Both the position numbers and the translations under genes were made by a program. A model generated the notes under the pieces. The model had not been told where the DNA came from, ran no database searches, and saw only the letters and a list, made by a program, of their open reading frames with translations. This document shows positions 29,679 to 38,669 of a stretch of DNA of 64,000 nt, in pieces. Origin of the DNA: an uncultured Acidobacteriota bacterium (GTDB lineage: Bacteria > Acidobacteriota > JAQAZP01). Position 1 is the first letter of the stretch. Every line of letters starts with the position of its first letter. The stretch is from contig CAWIIB010000009.1 in the NCBI GenBank assembly GCA_963836075.1, positions 2,880,001 through 2,944,000 of the forward strand, written 5' to 3'.

Positions 29679-29694
29679 AGCAGGTTCCGTGCCA
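29679..29694 (-). promoter_or_regulatory. Sigma54 (-24/-12) promoter
   Basis: Minus strand TGGCAC-GGAAC-CTGCT with exact GG-N10-GC spacing. Confidence 0.65.
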
Positions 29695-29860
29695 CTTTGG
29701 TGATCAGCACCCACCAGGGCCTTACTATCGAAGAAAGTCGTTTGAAATGTGTGCGATGGGTTGCTCCGCGGGCTTCTGGATCAGTGGGGGCGGTCCGCTC
29801 GTGGTGCATGACCTTTTGACACGGCACCGGTCAGTGGTGCCGTTTTGGCACGACAGGACG

Positions 29861-31228
29861 TCATTCACCGTAGCCCAGCGCTCGTAGCTGCTCGCGAACC
29901 ACCGGGTCCTGGAGGGGCAGGTCGCCGGCCGGGGGGACTTCGCTTCCCTCCTGCCAGGCCCGCAGCGTCTGGAGCATCTGCCGGGCCACGGCTTCCTCGC
30001 TGGCGTACAGGTTTTCCGTCTCTCCGGGGTCCAGCGCCAGGTGGAACAGCTCGGGGTCCCCGCCGGCCGAACTGATCAGGTGCCAATCTCCACTGATCAC
30101 CGAGTATTGCTCCCCGGCCAGGAAGGGCCTGGGCGGCCGGGCAAAGGGCCGCCGCTGGCTGATCACCGCCTGCCGGGGTATGGTGCCGCCGGCCATCAAC
30201 GGTTGCAGGGACTGTCCCTCGGTATCCGGCGGGGGCTCCATGCCCAGCAGGTGGAGCAGTGTCGGCATCAGGTCCAGCAGGCTCACCGGTCCCTGGTGCA
30301 GGGCGGCCCCGGTGGAAGCGGGCCCTTCCGGCGCCCTGATCAGCAGCGGGACGGCCAGCTGGTGGTGGTAGAGAAACTCACCGTGGTCAAAGGCGTAAGC
30401 CCGGCGCTGCAGCAGCTCGGCCATCGATTCGCCATGGTCGGCGGTGACGGCGATCAGTGAACGGTGGAACGAACCGTGGCGCCGCATGGCCGCCAGCAGT
30501 CGACCCAGGTTGTGGTCGGCCCAGCCGATTTCGGCATCGTAGGCCGCCACCGTCTTTTCCACCATCTCCTCAGTCACATCACCGGGCCGTCGGAGAAAGG
30601 CGAATTTCAGCGGCAGTTCCAGGGAGGGGACATTGAAGCGGTCCCGGTATTCCTTCGGCGCATGGTAGGGCGTGTGCGGGTCCCAGAGGTGGACCCAGAG
30701 AAAGAACGGTTTTTCGTCCCGGCCGGTCAGCCACTGGATCGCTTCGTCCACCACCTCGCCGGCATCCCGTTCCAGTTCCGGGCCTGAGTAGACCTGGAAC
30801 CCCTGGTCGAGGCCGAACCGGGCGTGGACCGGGAAGGCGCCCACAAAGGCGGCGGTGGCGTATCCGCGGTCGGCCAGCAGTTCGGCCAACGTCACGGCGC
30901 TCTGCGGCAGGACCGCGCCGTTGTTCAGCACGCCGAGGCTTCGCGGGTGGCGGCCGGTGAGCAGGGCGGCGTGGGAGGGGGTGGTTGTGGGCATGGGGCA
31001 GAGGGCATCGAGAAAGAGGTGCCCCGAACGGGCCAGCCGGTCGAGGTGCGGGCTGGTGGGGCGCCGGCAGCCGTAACAGCCCAGGTGGTCGGCCCGCAGG
31101 GTGTCCACGGTGACCAGCAGGACCGGGGTGTCCGGGGCCGGGCCCTGCCGGCTGCAGCCGGAAAGCAGGCTTAAGATCGCCAGCACGAGGCCGGCGCCGC
31201 TGAATACTATCCTTTTCCCGAGGGACAT
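29861..31228 (-). CDS. Sulfatase-like hydrolase/transferase, lipoprotein
   Basis: Lipobox LSGC, VDTLRADHLG.YG, TTPSHAALLTG, DPHTPY, ADHGE and QLRALGYGE. Confidence 0.87.
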   Translation of the reverse strand: MSLGKRIVFSGAGLVLAILSLLSGCSRQGPAPDTPVLLVTVDTLRADHLGCYGCRRPTSPHLDRLARSGHLFLDALCPMPTTTPSHAALLTGRHPRSLGVLNNGAVLPQSAVTLAELLADRGYATAAFVGAFPVHARFGLDQGFQVYSGPELERDAGEVVDEAIQWLTGRDEKPFFLWVHLWDPHTPYHAPKEYRDRFNVPSLELPLKFAFLRRPGDVTEEMVEKTVAAYDAEIGWADHNLGRLLAAMRRHGSFHRSLIAVTADHGESMAELLQRRAYAFDHGEFLYHHQLAVPLLIRAPEGPASTGAALHQGPVSLLDLMPTLLHLLGMEPPPDTEGQSLQPLMAGGTIPRQAVISQRRPFARPPRPFLAGEQYSVISGDWHLISSAGGDPELFHLALDPGETENLYASEEAVARQMLQTLRAWQEGSEVPPAGDLPLQDPVVREQLRALGYGE

Positions 31229-31369
31229 TGGGGCCTCCACAGGTCGTCCGGCAACCTTAATGAGTCGTCGCGACAAAAGTCAAGGTGACTCCGCTGGCCC
31301 GGCCGGTTTACAATTCCCGGGTGGCCGGAGGTTCCGGCAGGTCACCGCGAGCGGGGGGATGGAGGAAGG

Positions 31370-31996
31370 ATGGGCGGTAAGACAAAGAACAGCCGCAGGT
31401 GGCTCCTGGAAGATGAATCGACGCTTCCCCGCGGTGCGCAGTTGCTGCTTCACGTCTGCTGTGCGCCCTGCTCCGCGGGGTCGCTGCGCCGGCTTTGTGA
31501 ACTCTTCCGGGTGACCATGTTTTTCGCCAACTCCAACATCCACCCCGCGGAGGAGTATCGCCGGCGGTTGGATGCCGCCCGCACCCTGGCCGGCAGCCTC
31601 GATGTCCCGCTGCTGGAGGCGGCCTATGAACCCCGCAGCTGGGCCGCCGCCGTGCGCGGGCAGGAAACCGCCCCCGAGGGCGGAGAGCGCTGTGCGTCCT
31701 GCATCAGCATGCGGCTGCGGGTGACTGCCCGCCACGCGGCGGACCAGCGGTTCCCCCTCTTCGCCACCACGCTGACCATCAGCCCGCGCAAGGACCCTGG
31801 GCTGGTCAACCCGGCCGGCCTGGCCGCCGCCGAGGAATTCGGTGTGCGGTTCCTGCGCTGCGACCTGAAGAAGAACGAGGGCTTCCTCGAATCGGTGCGG
31901 GTCAGCCGGGACCTCAACCTCTACCGCCAGCACTACTGCGGCTGCCGCTACAGCCTTCCCGCGGCTGAAAAAAATGCCCCTCCCGATGACGCGTAA
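31370..31996 (+). CDS. queH: Epoxyqueuosine reductase QueH (DUF208)
   Basis: LLHVCCAPCS, NSNIHP.EEY, PEGGERC..C...RL, TTL.ISPRK and YRQ.YCGC.YS. Confidence 0.92.
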   Translation: MGGKTKNSRRWLLEDESTLPRGAQLLLHVCCAPCSAGSLRRLCELFRVTMFFANSNIHPAEEYRRRLDAARTLAGSLDVPLLEAAYEPRSWAAAVRGQETAPEGGERCASCISMRLRVTARHAADQRFPLFATTLTISPRKDPGLVNPAGLAAAEEFGVRFLRCDLKKNEGFLESVRVSRDLNLYRQHYCGCRYSLPAAEKNAPPDDA

Positions 31997-32044
31997 CGCC
32001 ACCGGAAGGGGCTCCTCGAGCAGGCGGTGCTCGATATCGCCTGG

Positions 32045-34166
32045 TTAGTCCAGACCGAGGCGGGCCACGGTGGTTTTCTCCGCGGCGCCGCCCTTCTGCT
32101 CCTCGGTTATCATCATCGCCGGCCCGTCCAGGGGCGGCGGACCGTCACTGCTCTCCACGGCGATGGGCCCCAGGGCCACGCGGGCGCCGTAGCGGTTGTT
32201 CTCGCCGTAGGCCAGGATGTCCAGGCCGGCGATGGGCTCCAGGACCTCGCCGTCATAATTCCAGCCCAGCACCCGTGCCGTGAAGTCCACGTCCGGCCCC
32301 GGCCCGGTGACGATCTCGTCGATGCCGTCACCGTCGACGTCACCGCAGGCCACGACGACCCCGAAGCGGTACTCCTCACTCGTCTCGTAGGCGTTGAAGT
32401 TCACGCCGCTGATCGGGGTCAGCACGTCGCCGTCGTAGTTGAAGGCGCGGACGTGGGAGCCGAACAGTTCGCCCGGTCCCGGCCCGGTGATGATCTCGTC
32501 GATGCCGTCGCCGTCGATGTCGCCGCAGGCCACGTTGACCCCGAACTTCATGGTGTTGTAGGCCATGAAGCTGACTCCGGGGATCGACTCCAGTTGCGAA
32601 CCGTCGTAGTTGAAGGCGCGGACGTGGGGACCGAACACGTCGCCCGGGCCCGCCCCGGTGATGATCTCGTCGATGCCGTCGCCGTCGATGTCGCCGCAGG
32701 CCACGTTGGCCCCGTACTTCAGGGTGCCGTAGGCGAAGAAGTTGATCGCCGGGTTCGGTTCGAAGAGGGTGGACCCGTCAAAGTCCCAGGCCCGGATGTG
32801 CGGGCCGAACACCGCGCCGGGGCCCGGCGAGGTGAGGATCTCGTCCACGTTGTCGCCGTCGATGTCGCCGGCGGCGCACTTGGCGCCGAACTTCAGCGTG
32901 CCGTAAGCAAAGAAGCTGTTGTGGATCGCCTGGCCCCGGTCGTCAAAGACCCGGATCTGCGGGCCGAACACCTCGCCCGGACCCGGTCCGGTGAGGATCT
33001 CGATCCGCCCGTCGCCGGTGACGTCGCCGGCGCTGACGTTGACGCCCCACTTGTTGACCCCGTAGGCCATGAATTCGAGGCCGTGGACCATTTCGCCGGT
33101 GGCCGGATCGAAGACACGGACCTTCGGCGCGTTGGCCGGGCCGGGGCCCGGGCCGGTGATGATCATCGCCGGGATCGGGCCAAAGGCCACGGTGGCCTGC
33201 TGAGTGATGGCCACCCCGCCGGCCACGGCGCTGACCTGGGCCTCGGTCACGTCGGTGGACGACTGCAGCTGCTGGCTGTAGGTCCCGTCGCCGTGGTCCA
33301 CCACGGAGCCCAGCAGCGAGCCGGCCGTGGTTTCCAGAGTCACCACGAGGCCCGGCCCCACCAGCTCCAGGGATGAGTCGAGCGGAGTGACGGTGATCAG
33401 CGATACGCTGGCGCCGTCCGCCGGGATTTCCTCCGGGTTCGCCGTCACCGTGGTGGCTGTCCGGATCCACCGGCGGCGCGCCGGCCAGCACTTCCAGGAG
33501 TGCGCTGTCACTGAAGTGGCAGGCGATGGTGCCGTTGTCGTCGAGGGCCACCACCCGGATCTGGTAGATGCCGGGGCCTTCGAGTTGGCCGGCATTCACC
33601 ACCCTGGTGCCCGCGGGGCTGTCCAGCAGGGTTGAACTGGAGTAGCAGCAGTTGTCCGGATCCCACTCGGCGCCGTTGGGGTTGGAGAAGGAGCCGCCGA
33701 CCTTGCTCACCTCCAGGCCGGCCGAGGCAGCGCCCTCGAAACCAGAGACGTCCCAGGAGAGCTCGAAGAGCGGGCTGGAGAGGGAGACCAGGTCCGGGTT
33801 GAGCAGCGGCATGTCGGCCTCGCCGTCCCAGGGGACCACGGTGGCCGAGGCGACGTTGGAGTGCACGCTGTAGTTGTAGCTGGTGTCGTAGGCCATCACC
33901 ACGAAGTAGTAGGTGGTGCCCACGGCCAGGCCGGTGACATCCTGGAGAACCGCTTCGGGATCGGGCACGTCGACCCGGTCGGGGAAAGTGACCCCGTTGG
34001 TGCCGTACTTCACCCGGTAGCCGGCCAGATCGTCGGCCAGGACCGTATCCCACTGCACCTGCAGGGTGCCGGCCCGGGCCTGGGACAGGGGGGCAAGCAG
34101 GAAAACCACGGTCAGGGCCGCGGACATGAACACGAGAAGATGACGATTAATACTGGTTGTGGACAT
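32045..34166 (-). CDS. Secreted surface protein: FN3 + Ig/invasin-like + FG-GAP-like repeat propeller; +1 frameshift near 33460
   Basis: Signal peptide, DLAGYRVKYGT...GTTYYFVVMAYD (FN3), IPADG.S...ITVT (Big_1-like) and five GDxDGDGxDEI.TGPGPG repeats. Confidence 0.82.
32160..33170 (-). repeat. Five intragenic FG-GAP-like tandem repeats (period about 160-180 bp)
   Basis: GATCTCG(T)C...GCCGTC units recur near 32311, 32491, 32662, 32836 and 32995. Confidence 0.8.
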
Positions 34167-34242
34167 CTTCGCACCGCCTTTCGTTCAGATGTCGTTCTGG
34201 CGCCACCGGGGGCGCCGCCTTTTTTATCCACCCCCCTTGCAG

Positions 34243-34258
34243 AGCAACGGCCGTACCA
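34243..34258 (-). promoter_or_regulatory. Sigma54 (-24/-12) promoter of the FN3/FG-GAP gene
   Basis: Minus strand TGGTAC-GGCCG-TTGCT, about 75 bp upstream of ATG 34166, with an AT-rich tract further upstream. Confidence 0.68.
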
Positions 34259-34455
34259 GGTTGCGGCAGTGGGCAACGGTGCGAAATCCAAGCATCTATC
34301 TCTAACTGAATAAAGGGGATAAAAGTATTAACAGGACGGGTTGGGGGAAATTTTGTGGGGGGCTGGGCGGTGGTTTCGCGACAAAAAATTGACGATCGTT
34401 ACACGGTTGAACCCGGAATAGCCACCGGGTGATCCGGGAGTGACGCCGGGAAAGC

Positions 34456-34489
34456 AAAACGGCGCCGGCCTTGCGGCCGGCGCCGTTTT
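34456..34489. terminator. Intrinsic terminator, potentially bidirectional, downstream of the small Cys-rich gene
   Basis: AAAACGGCGCCGGCC-TTGC-GGCCGGCGCCGTTTT perfect 15-bp stem; loop is GCAA on the minus strand. Confidence 0.85.
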
Positions 34490-34510
34490 CAGTCTCGTTC
34501 GGGCTGGATG

Positions 34511-34762
34511 CTATTCGTCCATCGGTTCGAATTCCAGGCAGCCCTCTGCGTAGTCCTTGAGCAGGGTCTCGAGATTGTCGGTCATCCCCTCATCGGGGTC
34601 CACCTGGACGCATTCTTCCTCGTCCTCCCAGAAACCCTTCTTGCAATAGAGGTTAAGCAGGGCCAGAGCGTTGTTGCCGTTCTCCTGCTCCTGGAGTATC
34701 TTGCAGAACAGGCAGTTCATGCAGTTGATTTTACCGTTTCGGATGTGTGGAAATTTCTTCAT
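34511..34762 (-). CDS. Small Cys-rich acidic hypothetical protein (83 aa)
   Basis: AGGAG RBS, its own terminator, protein-like composition and CxxCxxC...C...C...C pattern. Confidence 0.7.
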   Translation of the reverse strand: MKKFPHIRNGKINCMNCLFCKILQEQENGNNALALLNLYCKKGFWEDEEECVQVDPDEGMTDNLETLLKDYAEGCLEFEPMDE

Positions 34763-35056
34763 CTGAATCAGCCACTCCTTACCAAACGAACATATCTCGA
34801 TCAATGGACATTCTACTCCAATCTTCTGCCGATTTCATTAAAAAAATTGACCTTAGGCACGATTTTTGGTGAGAATCTGAAGAATACTCCCCTCGAGGCT
34901 CCGGTAGAGGTGAAACTCTTCCAAACTCGTTGAATTGCGCTCTTTAGCCGGTTTCTGCTACCCTGATGATGAAACAGCCGTCCATACCTGGTCCACGGCT
35001 GCACAACAGCTCGGAGCGGTTCGGACTATTGCGATTTCTGCCATGGTGAGGTCCAC

Positions 35057-36076
35057 GTGAACGTGATTCTGGCCGGAGCGCTGTTCAAATGCGGGTTCAC
35101 CTTTCTGCTGGCCTTTGCCCTGGCCCTCTACCTGGTGCCCCGGTTGCGGGACGCCGCCATCCGGATGAACATCGTCGACACCCCGGACGGCAAACTGAAG
35201 ACCCAGCGCCGGCCGGTGCCCTACCTTGGCGGGCTGGGGGTCTACCTGGCCTTCCTGCTGGCCCTGGCGGTGACCTTTGAATTTGACCGGGAAGTGCTGG
35301 GTCTGATTCTGGCCGGGACCATCGTCCTGCTCCTCGGGCTGATCGACGATTTCCGGGCCCTGACCCCCGGGGTGAAGTTCATCGGCCAGATCCTGGCCGC
35401 CGGGGTGCTGATCAAGTGCGGCATCTACATCAAGCTGGTCTTTCTCCCGCTCTGGGCCTCGATACCCCTCACCGTGCTCTGGATCGTGGCAGTGACCAAC
35501 GCCTTCAACATCATCGATATCATGGACGGGCTCTCCGGCGGGGTGGCCTTCTGCGCCAGCATCCCGCTGGTGGTGGTGGCTTTTGTCAACGGGCGGATGA
35601 TGATCGCCATCGTCACCCTGGCCCTGGCCGGGGCGCTGCTCGGGTTCCTGCGCTTCAACTTCCATCCCTCGCAGATCTACCTCGGAGACACCGGCAGCAT
35701 GTTCATCGGGCTGATGATGGCCTCCCTGACCATGCTCGGCAGCTATACCGGGTCCAATGTGCTGGCCGCCCTCGGCCCGGGCATCATCCTCGGCGTCCCC
35801 CTGTTCGACATGCTTTTCGTGATGTATGTCCGGTGGCGGCGCGGTGTGCCGGTGATCCTGGGCAGCCCGGACCACTTCGCCCTGCGGCTGCGCCAGTGGC
35901 GGCTGTCCACCACCCAGACCGTGCTGGTCAGTTACCTGGCCACCCTGGTCTTCGGGGCCGTGGCCCTGGGCATGATGCTCCTGCCGCTGGAGCCGGCAGC
36001 CGTCCTGCTGGGCTGCCTGGTGCTGGTACTGCTGGCCGCGGCGCTGTTGCTCAAACGGATCGACATGAAACTGTGA
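35057..36076 (+). CDS. MraY/WecA-family undecaprenyl-phosphate GlcNAc-1-phosphate transferase (glycosyltransferase family 4)
   Basis: Polytopic membrane protein with P.LGG, GLIDD, NAFNIIDIMDGL, FNFHP..IYLGDTGS and DHF. Confidence 0.9.
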   Translation: MNVILAGALFKCGFTFLLAFALALYLVPRLRDAAIRMNIVDTPDGKLKTQRRPVPYLGGLGVYLAFLLALAVTFEFDREVLGLILAGTIVLLLGLIDDFRALTPGVKFIGQILAAGVLIKCGIYIKLVFLPLWASIPLTVLWIVAVTNAFNIIDIMDGLSGGVAFCASIPLVVVAFVNGRMMIAIVTLALAGALLGFLRFNFHPSQIYLGDTGSMFIGLMMASLTMLGSYTGSNVLAALGPGIILGVPLFDMLFVMYVRWRRGVPVILGSPDHFALRLRQWRLSTTQTVLVSYLATLVFGAVALGMMLLPLEPAAVLLGCLVLVLLAAALLLKRIDMKL

Positions 36077-36101
36077 GCGAGATACGGAAAGGCTGCGACC
36101 G

Positions 36102-36893
36102 ATGCTGACCACCATCGAGAAAATCGTCTTCTTGCAGAAAGCGCCGATTTTCGAGCAGATGACCAGCCGGCAGCTGAAGGTGCTCAGTGAAGTCACCGAG
36201 GAGGAGACCCTCGGTCCGGGCGAGGCGATCTTCGACGAGGGCAGCCATGGCGACCGGATGTACATCATCATCTCCGGCCGGGTGGAGATCCTCAAGTCGC
36301 TGGAGGAGAGCGGGGGCGGAGGGGCCACGGAGTCGCTGGCCATACTGGAGAAGCGCGAGATCTTCGGTGAGATGGCGATCCTCGACGACGAAACCCGTTC
36401 GGCCGCCGCGGTGGTCCGGGAGCCCACCCGCCTGCTCTCCATCCACAAGGACAACGTGCGGGAGCTGATTCACGACTACCCCGACATCGCCTTCGGCATT
36501 TTCAAGGTGCTCAGCAGCCGGATCCGCGAGGCCAACCGGCAGATCGAGCTGCTGCAGCGTGGCGACCAGCGCAAGGTGGTGATCACCGTGATCGACCCCC
36601 CGGACAGCCAGGCTTCCCACACCATGGTCACCTCGGCACTGGTGCTGGGCCGGCCCGAATCGTCCGAGATGCAGACCTACGACAAGTTCTCCATCCCCGA
36701 CCAGAGCCAGGAGATCTCCCGCCGCCACGCCGAGCTGGTTTTCGAGCGGGGCAAGCTGTTCCTGCGCGATCTGGAGAGCCTCAACGGCACCTGGGTGGGC
36801 GGCCGCCGCCTGGCCCGGGAACCGGCGCCCCTGGAGGACGGTTCCACCTTCCGCCTGGGCAGCCGCACCGAACTCCGTGTCAACTGGCGCTGA
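36102..36893 (+). CDS. Cyclic nucleotide-binding domain + FHA domain protein
   Basis: IFDEGS.GD.MYII.SG.V, FGEMAILD...RSA (cNMP); LGR...ISRRHA...DLESLNGTWV (FHA). Confidence 0.88.
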   Translation: MLTTIEKIVFLQKAPIFEQMTSRQLKVLSEVTEEETLGPGEAIFDEGSHGDRMYIIISGRVEILKSLEESGGGGATESLAILEKREIFGEMAILDDETRSAAAVVREPTRLLSIHKDNVRELIHDYPDIAFGIFKVLSSRIREANRQIELLQRGDQRKVVITVIDPPDSQASHTMVTSALVLGRPESSEMQTYDKFSIPDQSQEISRRHAELVFERGKLFLRDLESLNGTWVGGRRLAREPAPLEDGSTFRLGSRTELRVNWR

Positions 36894-36922
36894 CGCCTGT
36901 CCCCCATTGACGCCTGAGCGAA

Positions 36923-36952
36923 TTGACAGTTTTCCGGCCCAGGGGCTATACT
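36923..36952 (+). promoter_or_regulatory. Sigma70-type promoter of the GAK-type operon
   Basis: TTGACA-N18-TATACT. Confidence 0.6.
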
Positions 36953-37088
36953 TTTTCCACTTGCGCGAAACGATCAGAAGAGCAATTGGATACAGGTTTT
37001 TGACTTCTTCTTTTTCTCCAGCCCGCCCGGTTTCCGGTTCCCCGGCCGTATAGCGGAACCCGGCACCGGCGGGTTCAGGTGCCTGCTC

Positions 37089-38669
37089 TTGTCCGATCCT
37101 GACGATCTTGCAAAATTGTTGATCATCCAGGGGCGCAATATCCGCCTCCAGCAGGCCACCTGTCTCAACCGCCTGGTGGAGCCCGAGTACCCCGGGGCGC
37201 GCAAGGTGGAGGAGATGGACCGGGTGGTGGACCACCTGGCCCGGACCTTCGAGGACCGGTTCTTTTGCGCCCTGCTGGAGAGTGACTGCTCGGGCGATGA
37301 AACACGGCGCGACCGGTCGCTGCTCCACGTCTCCCGGCAGCTGGAGGACATCGGCGACCGGCTGGTGGAGCTGGCCCGGATCCGCCAGGACAACCGCATC
37401 CCCGTACTGGCCCCGGACGTCCTCGATCTGTGGCAGAACTCGATCAAGACGTTTACCGCGGCCCTGGAGGCCTTTTTCCAGGAAAGTATCCCCCTGGCCC
37501 GGGAGGCTTTCGAGATGGTGCTCAGCCTGGAGGACCTCTGCCAGGACCTGCTGCTGGGCTACCTGGACGGCGACAGTGATCGGGCCGGTCAGGAGTTCGG
37601 CAGCGAGGCGGCGGCCCGGGTGCTGGAAATCCAGTGCCTGCGTGGTGTGCTGCTGGCCCAGCTGCACATCGCCGAGAGCACCATCTACCGCGTCTCCGGC
37701 GAGCGCCTCAGTTTCAGCCAGTACATGCACCTCGAACGGCTGGCCAAGGAGGCCGGTGCGCGCACCGGCTGCTTCAGCTACAAGAACCTCTGGGGCGGGA
37801 TCAGCGGCGCGGTGGTGGGCAAACTCGACCTGGGCGAGAAAGGGCAGTGGGTCTTCAAGGACGGGATCACCAAGAAGATCCTCCCCGAGGTGGAGAACCT
37901 GAAGAAGTGGAACGAGGTGCTGGAAGGCGTGGTGCCCCGGCTGGTGGCGGTGGGCGGCGAAGGCGGGGAGACCCAGTCCTTCCTCTCCGAGTTCGTCGAC
38001 GGCGAACTGCTCTCCGACATCGTGCTCAATGGCACCTGGGAGGAGAAAGTCGAGGCCTTGCTTGCCCTGCACCGCACCCTGCGGCGGATCTGGGAGGCCA
38101 CCCTGCAGGAGCGGCCGCCGGAGATCAGCTATGTCCGGCAGATCCGCGACCGGCTGCCCTCGGTGTTCAACCAGCACCCCCGCCTGCGGATGATCCGCCG
38201 CTCCAGCAATCCCTCCGCCGCCTCGGTCGGCGAACTGCTGGACCGCGCCGGCGAGGCCGAACCCTCGCTGGTGCCGCCCTTCGCGGTAATGCTGCACGGT
38301 GATTTCAACGCCAACAACATCATGTTCAACCGCAAGACCGGCGAGGTGCGGTTCATCGACATCCACCGTTCGCAGCACGGCGACCTGGTGCAGGACCTGG
38401 GGGTCTTCCTTGTCTCCGGGGTGCGCAACCCGCTGGCCCGGATGACCGTGCTGGACGACCTGAAAAATATGAACAAGATGACCAAACGCTTCGCCAGGGA
38501 GTTTGCCCTGGCCCATGGCGATACGCAGTTCGACCAGCGGCTGACCCTCAGCCGTGCCCGGTCCTTCATCACTTCCAGCCGGCTGATCAGCGATTTCGGT
38601 TTTGCCAAGGAACTGTACCTGGAGGGCCTGTATTACCTAGATAAATTTGCCGAAAGGGTGAAGCCGTGA
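37089..38669 (+). CDS. PhoU-like domain + phosphotransferase (APH/kinase-like) fusion, GAK-system type
   Basis: N-terminal helical PhoU-like repeat (QLEDIGD). C-terminal kinase-like VFKDG..KK, LHGDFNANNI, FIDIHRS and QDLGVFLVS. Confidence 0.78.
   Translation: MSDPDDLAKLLIIQGRNIRLQQATCLNRLVEPEYPGARKVEEMDRVVDHLARTFEDRFFCALLESDCSGDETRRDRSLLHVSRQLEDIGDRLVELARIRQDNRIPVLAPDVLDLWQNSIKTFTAALEAFFQESIPLAREAFEMVLSLEDLCQDLLLGYLDGDSDRAGQEFGSEAAARVLEIQCLRGVLLAQLHIAESTIYRVSGERLSFSQYMHLERLAKEAGARTGCFSYKNLWGGISGAVVGKLDLGEKGQWVFKDGITKKILPEVENLKKWNEVLEGVVPRLVAVGGEGGETQSFLSEFVDGELLSDIVLNGTWEEKVEALLALHRTLRRIWEATLQERPPEISYVRQIRDRLPSVFNQHPRLRMIRRSSNPSAASVGELLDRAGEAEPSLVPPFAVMLHGDFNANNIMFNRKTGEVRFIDIHRSQHGDLVQDLGVFLVSGVRNPLARMTVLDDLKNMNKMTKRFAREFALAHGDTQFDQRLTLSRARSFITSSRLISDFGFAKELYLEGLYYLDKFAERVKP

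Noticed and set aside
29532-29819. Short ORFs 29532-29714 (-) and 29496-29819 (+) across the candidate sRNA
   Set aside because: They lack an RBS, run through the terminator or promoter, and do not look protein-like.
29821-29846. Palindrome ACGGCACC-N7-GGTGCCGT as an NtrC site for the sRNA promoter
   Set aside because: Half-site spacing is 2 bp longer than the NtrC consensus and it could equally be a terminator hairpin. It cannot be assigned.
32160-33170. Periodic DNA repeats as a possible CRISPR array or DGR template/variable repeats
   Set aside because: The repeats are in-frame, degenerate at third codon positions and encode FG-GAP-like units. There are no cas or reverse transcriptase genes.
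34855-34870. AGGCAC-GATTT-TTGGT as a fourth sigma54 promoter
   Set aside because: The -12 element is GG rather than the near-invariant GC.
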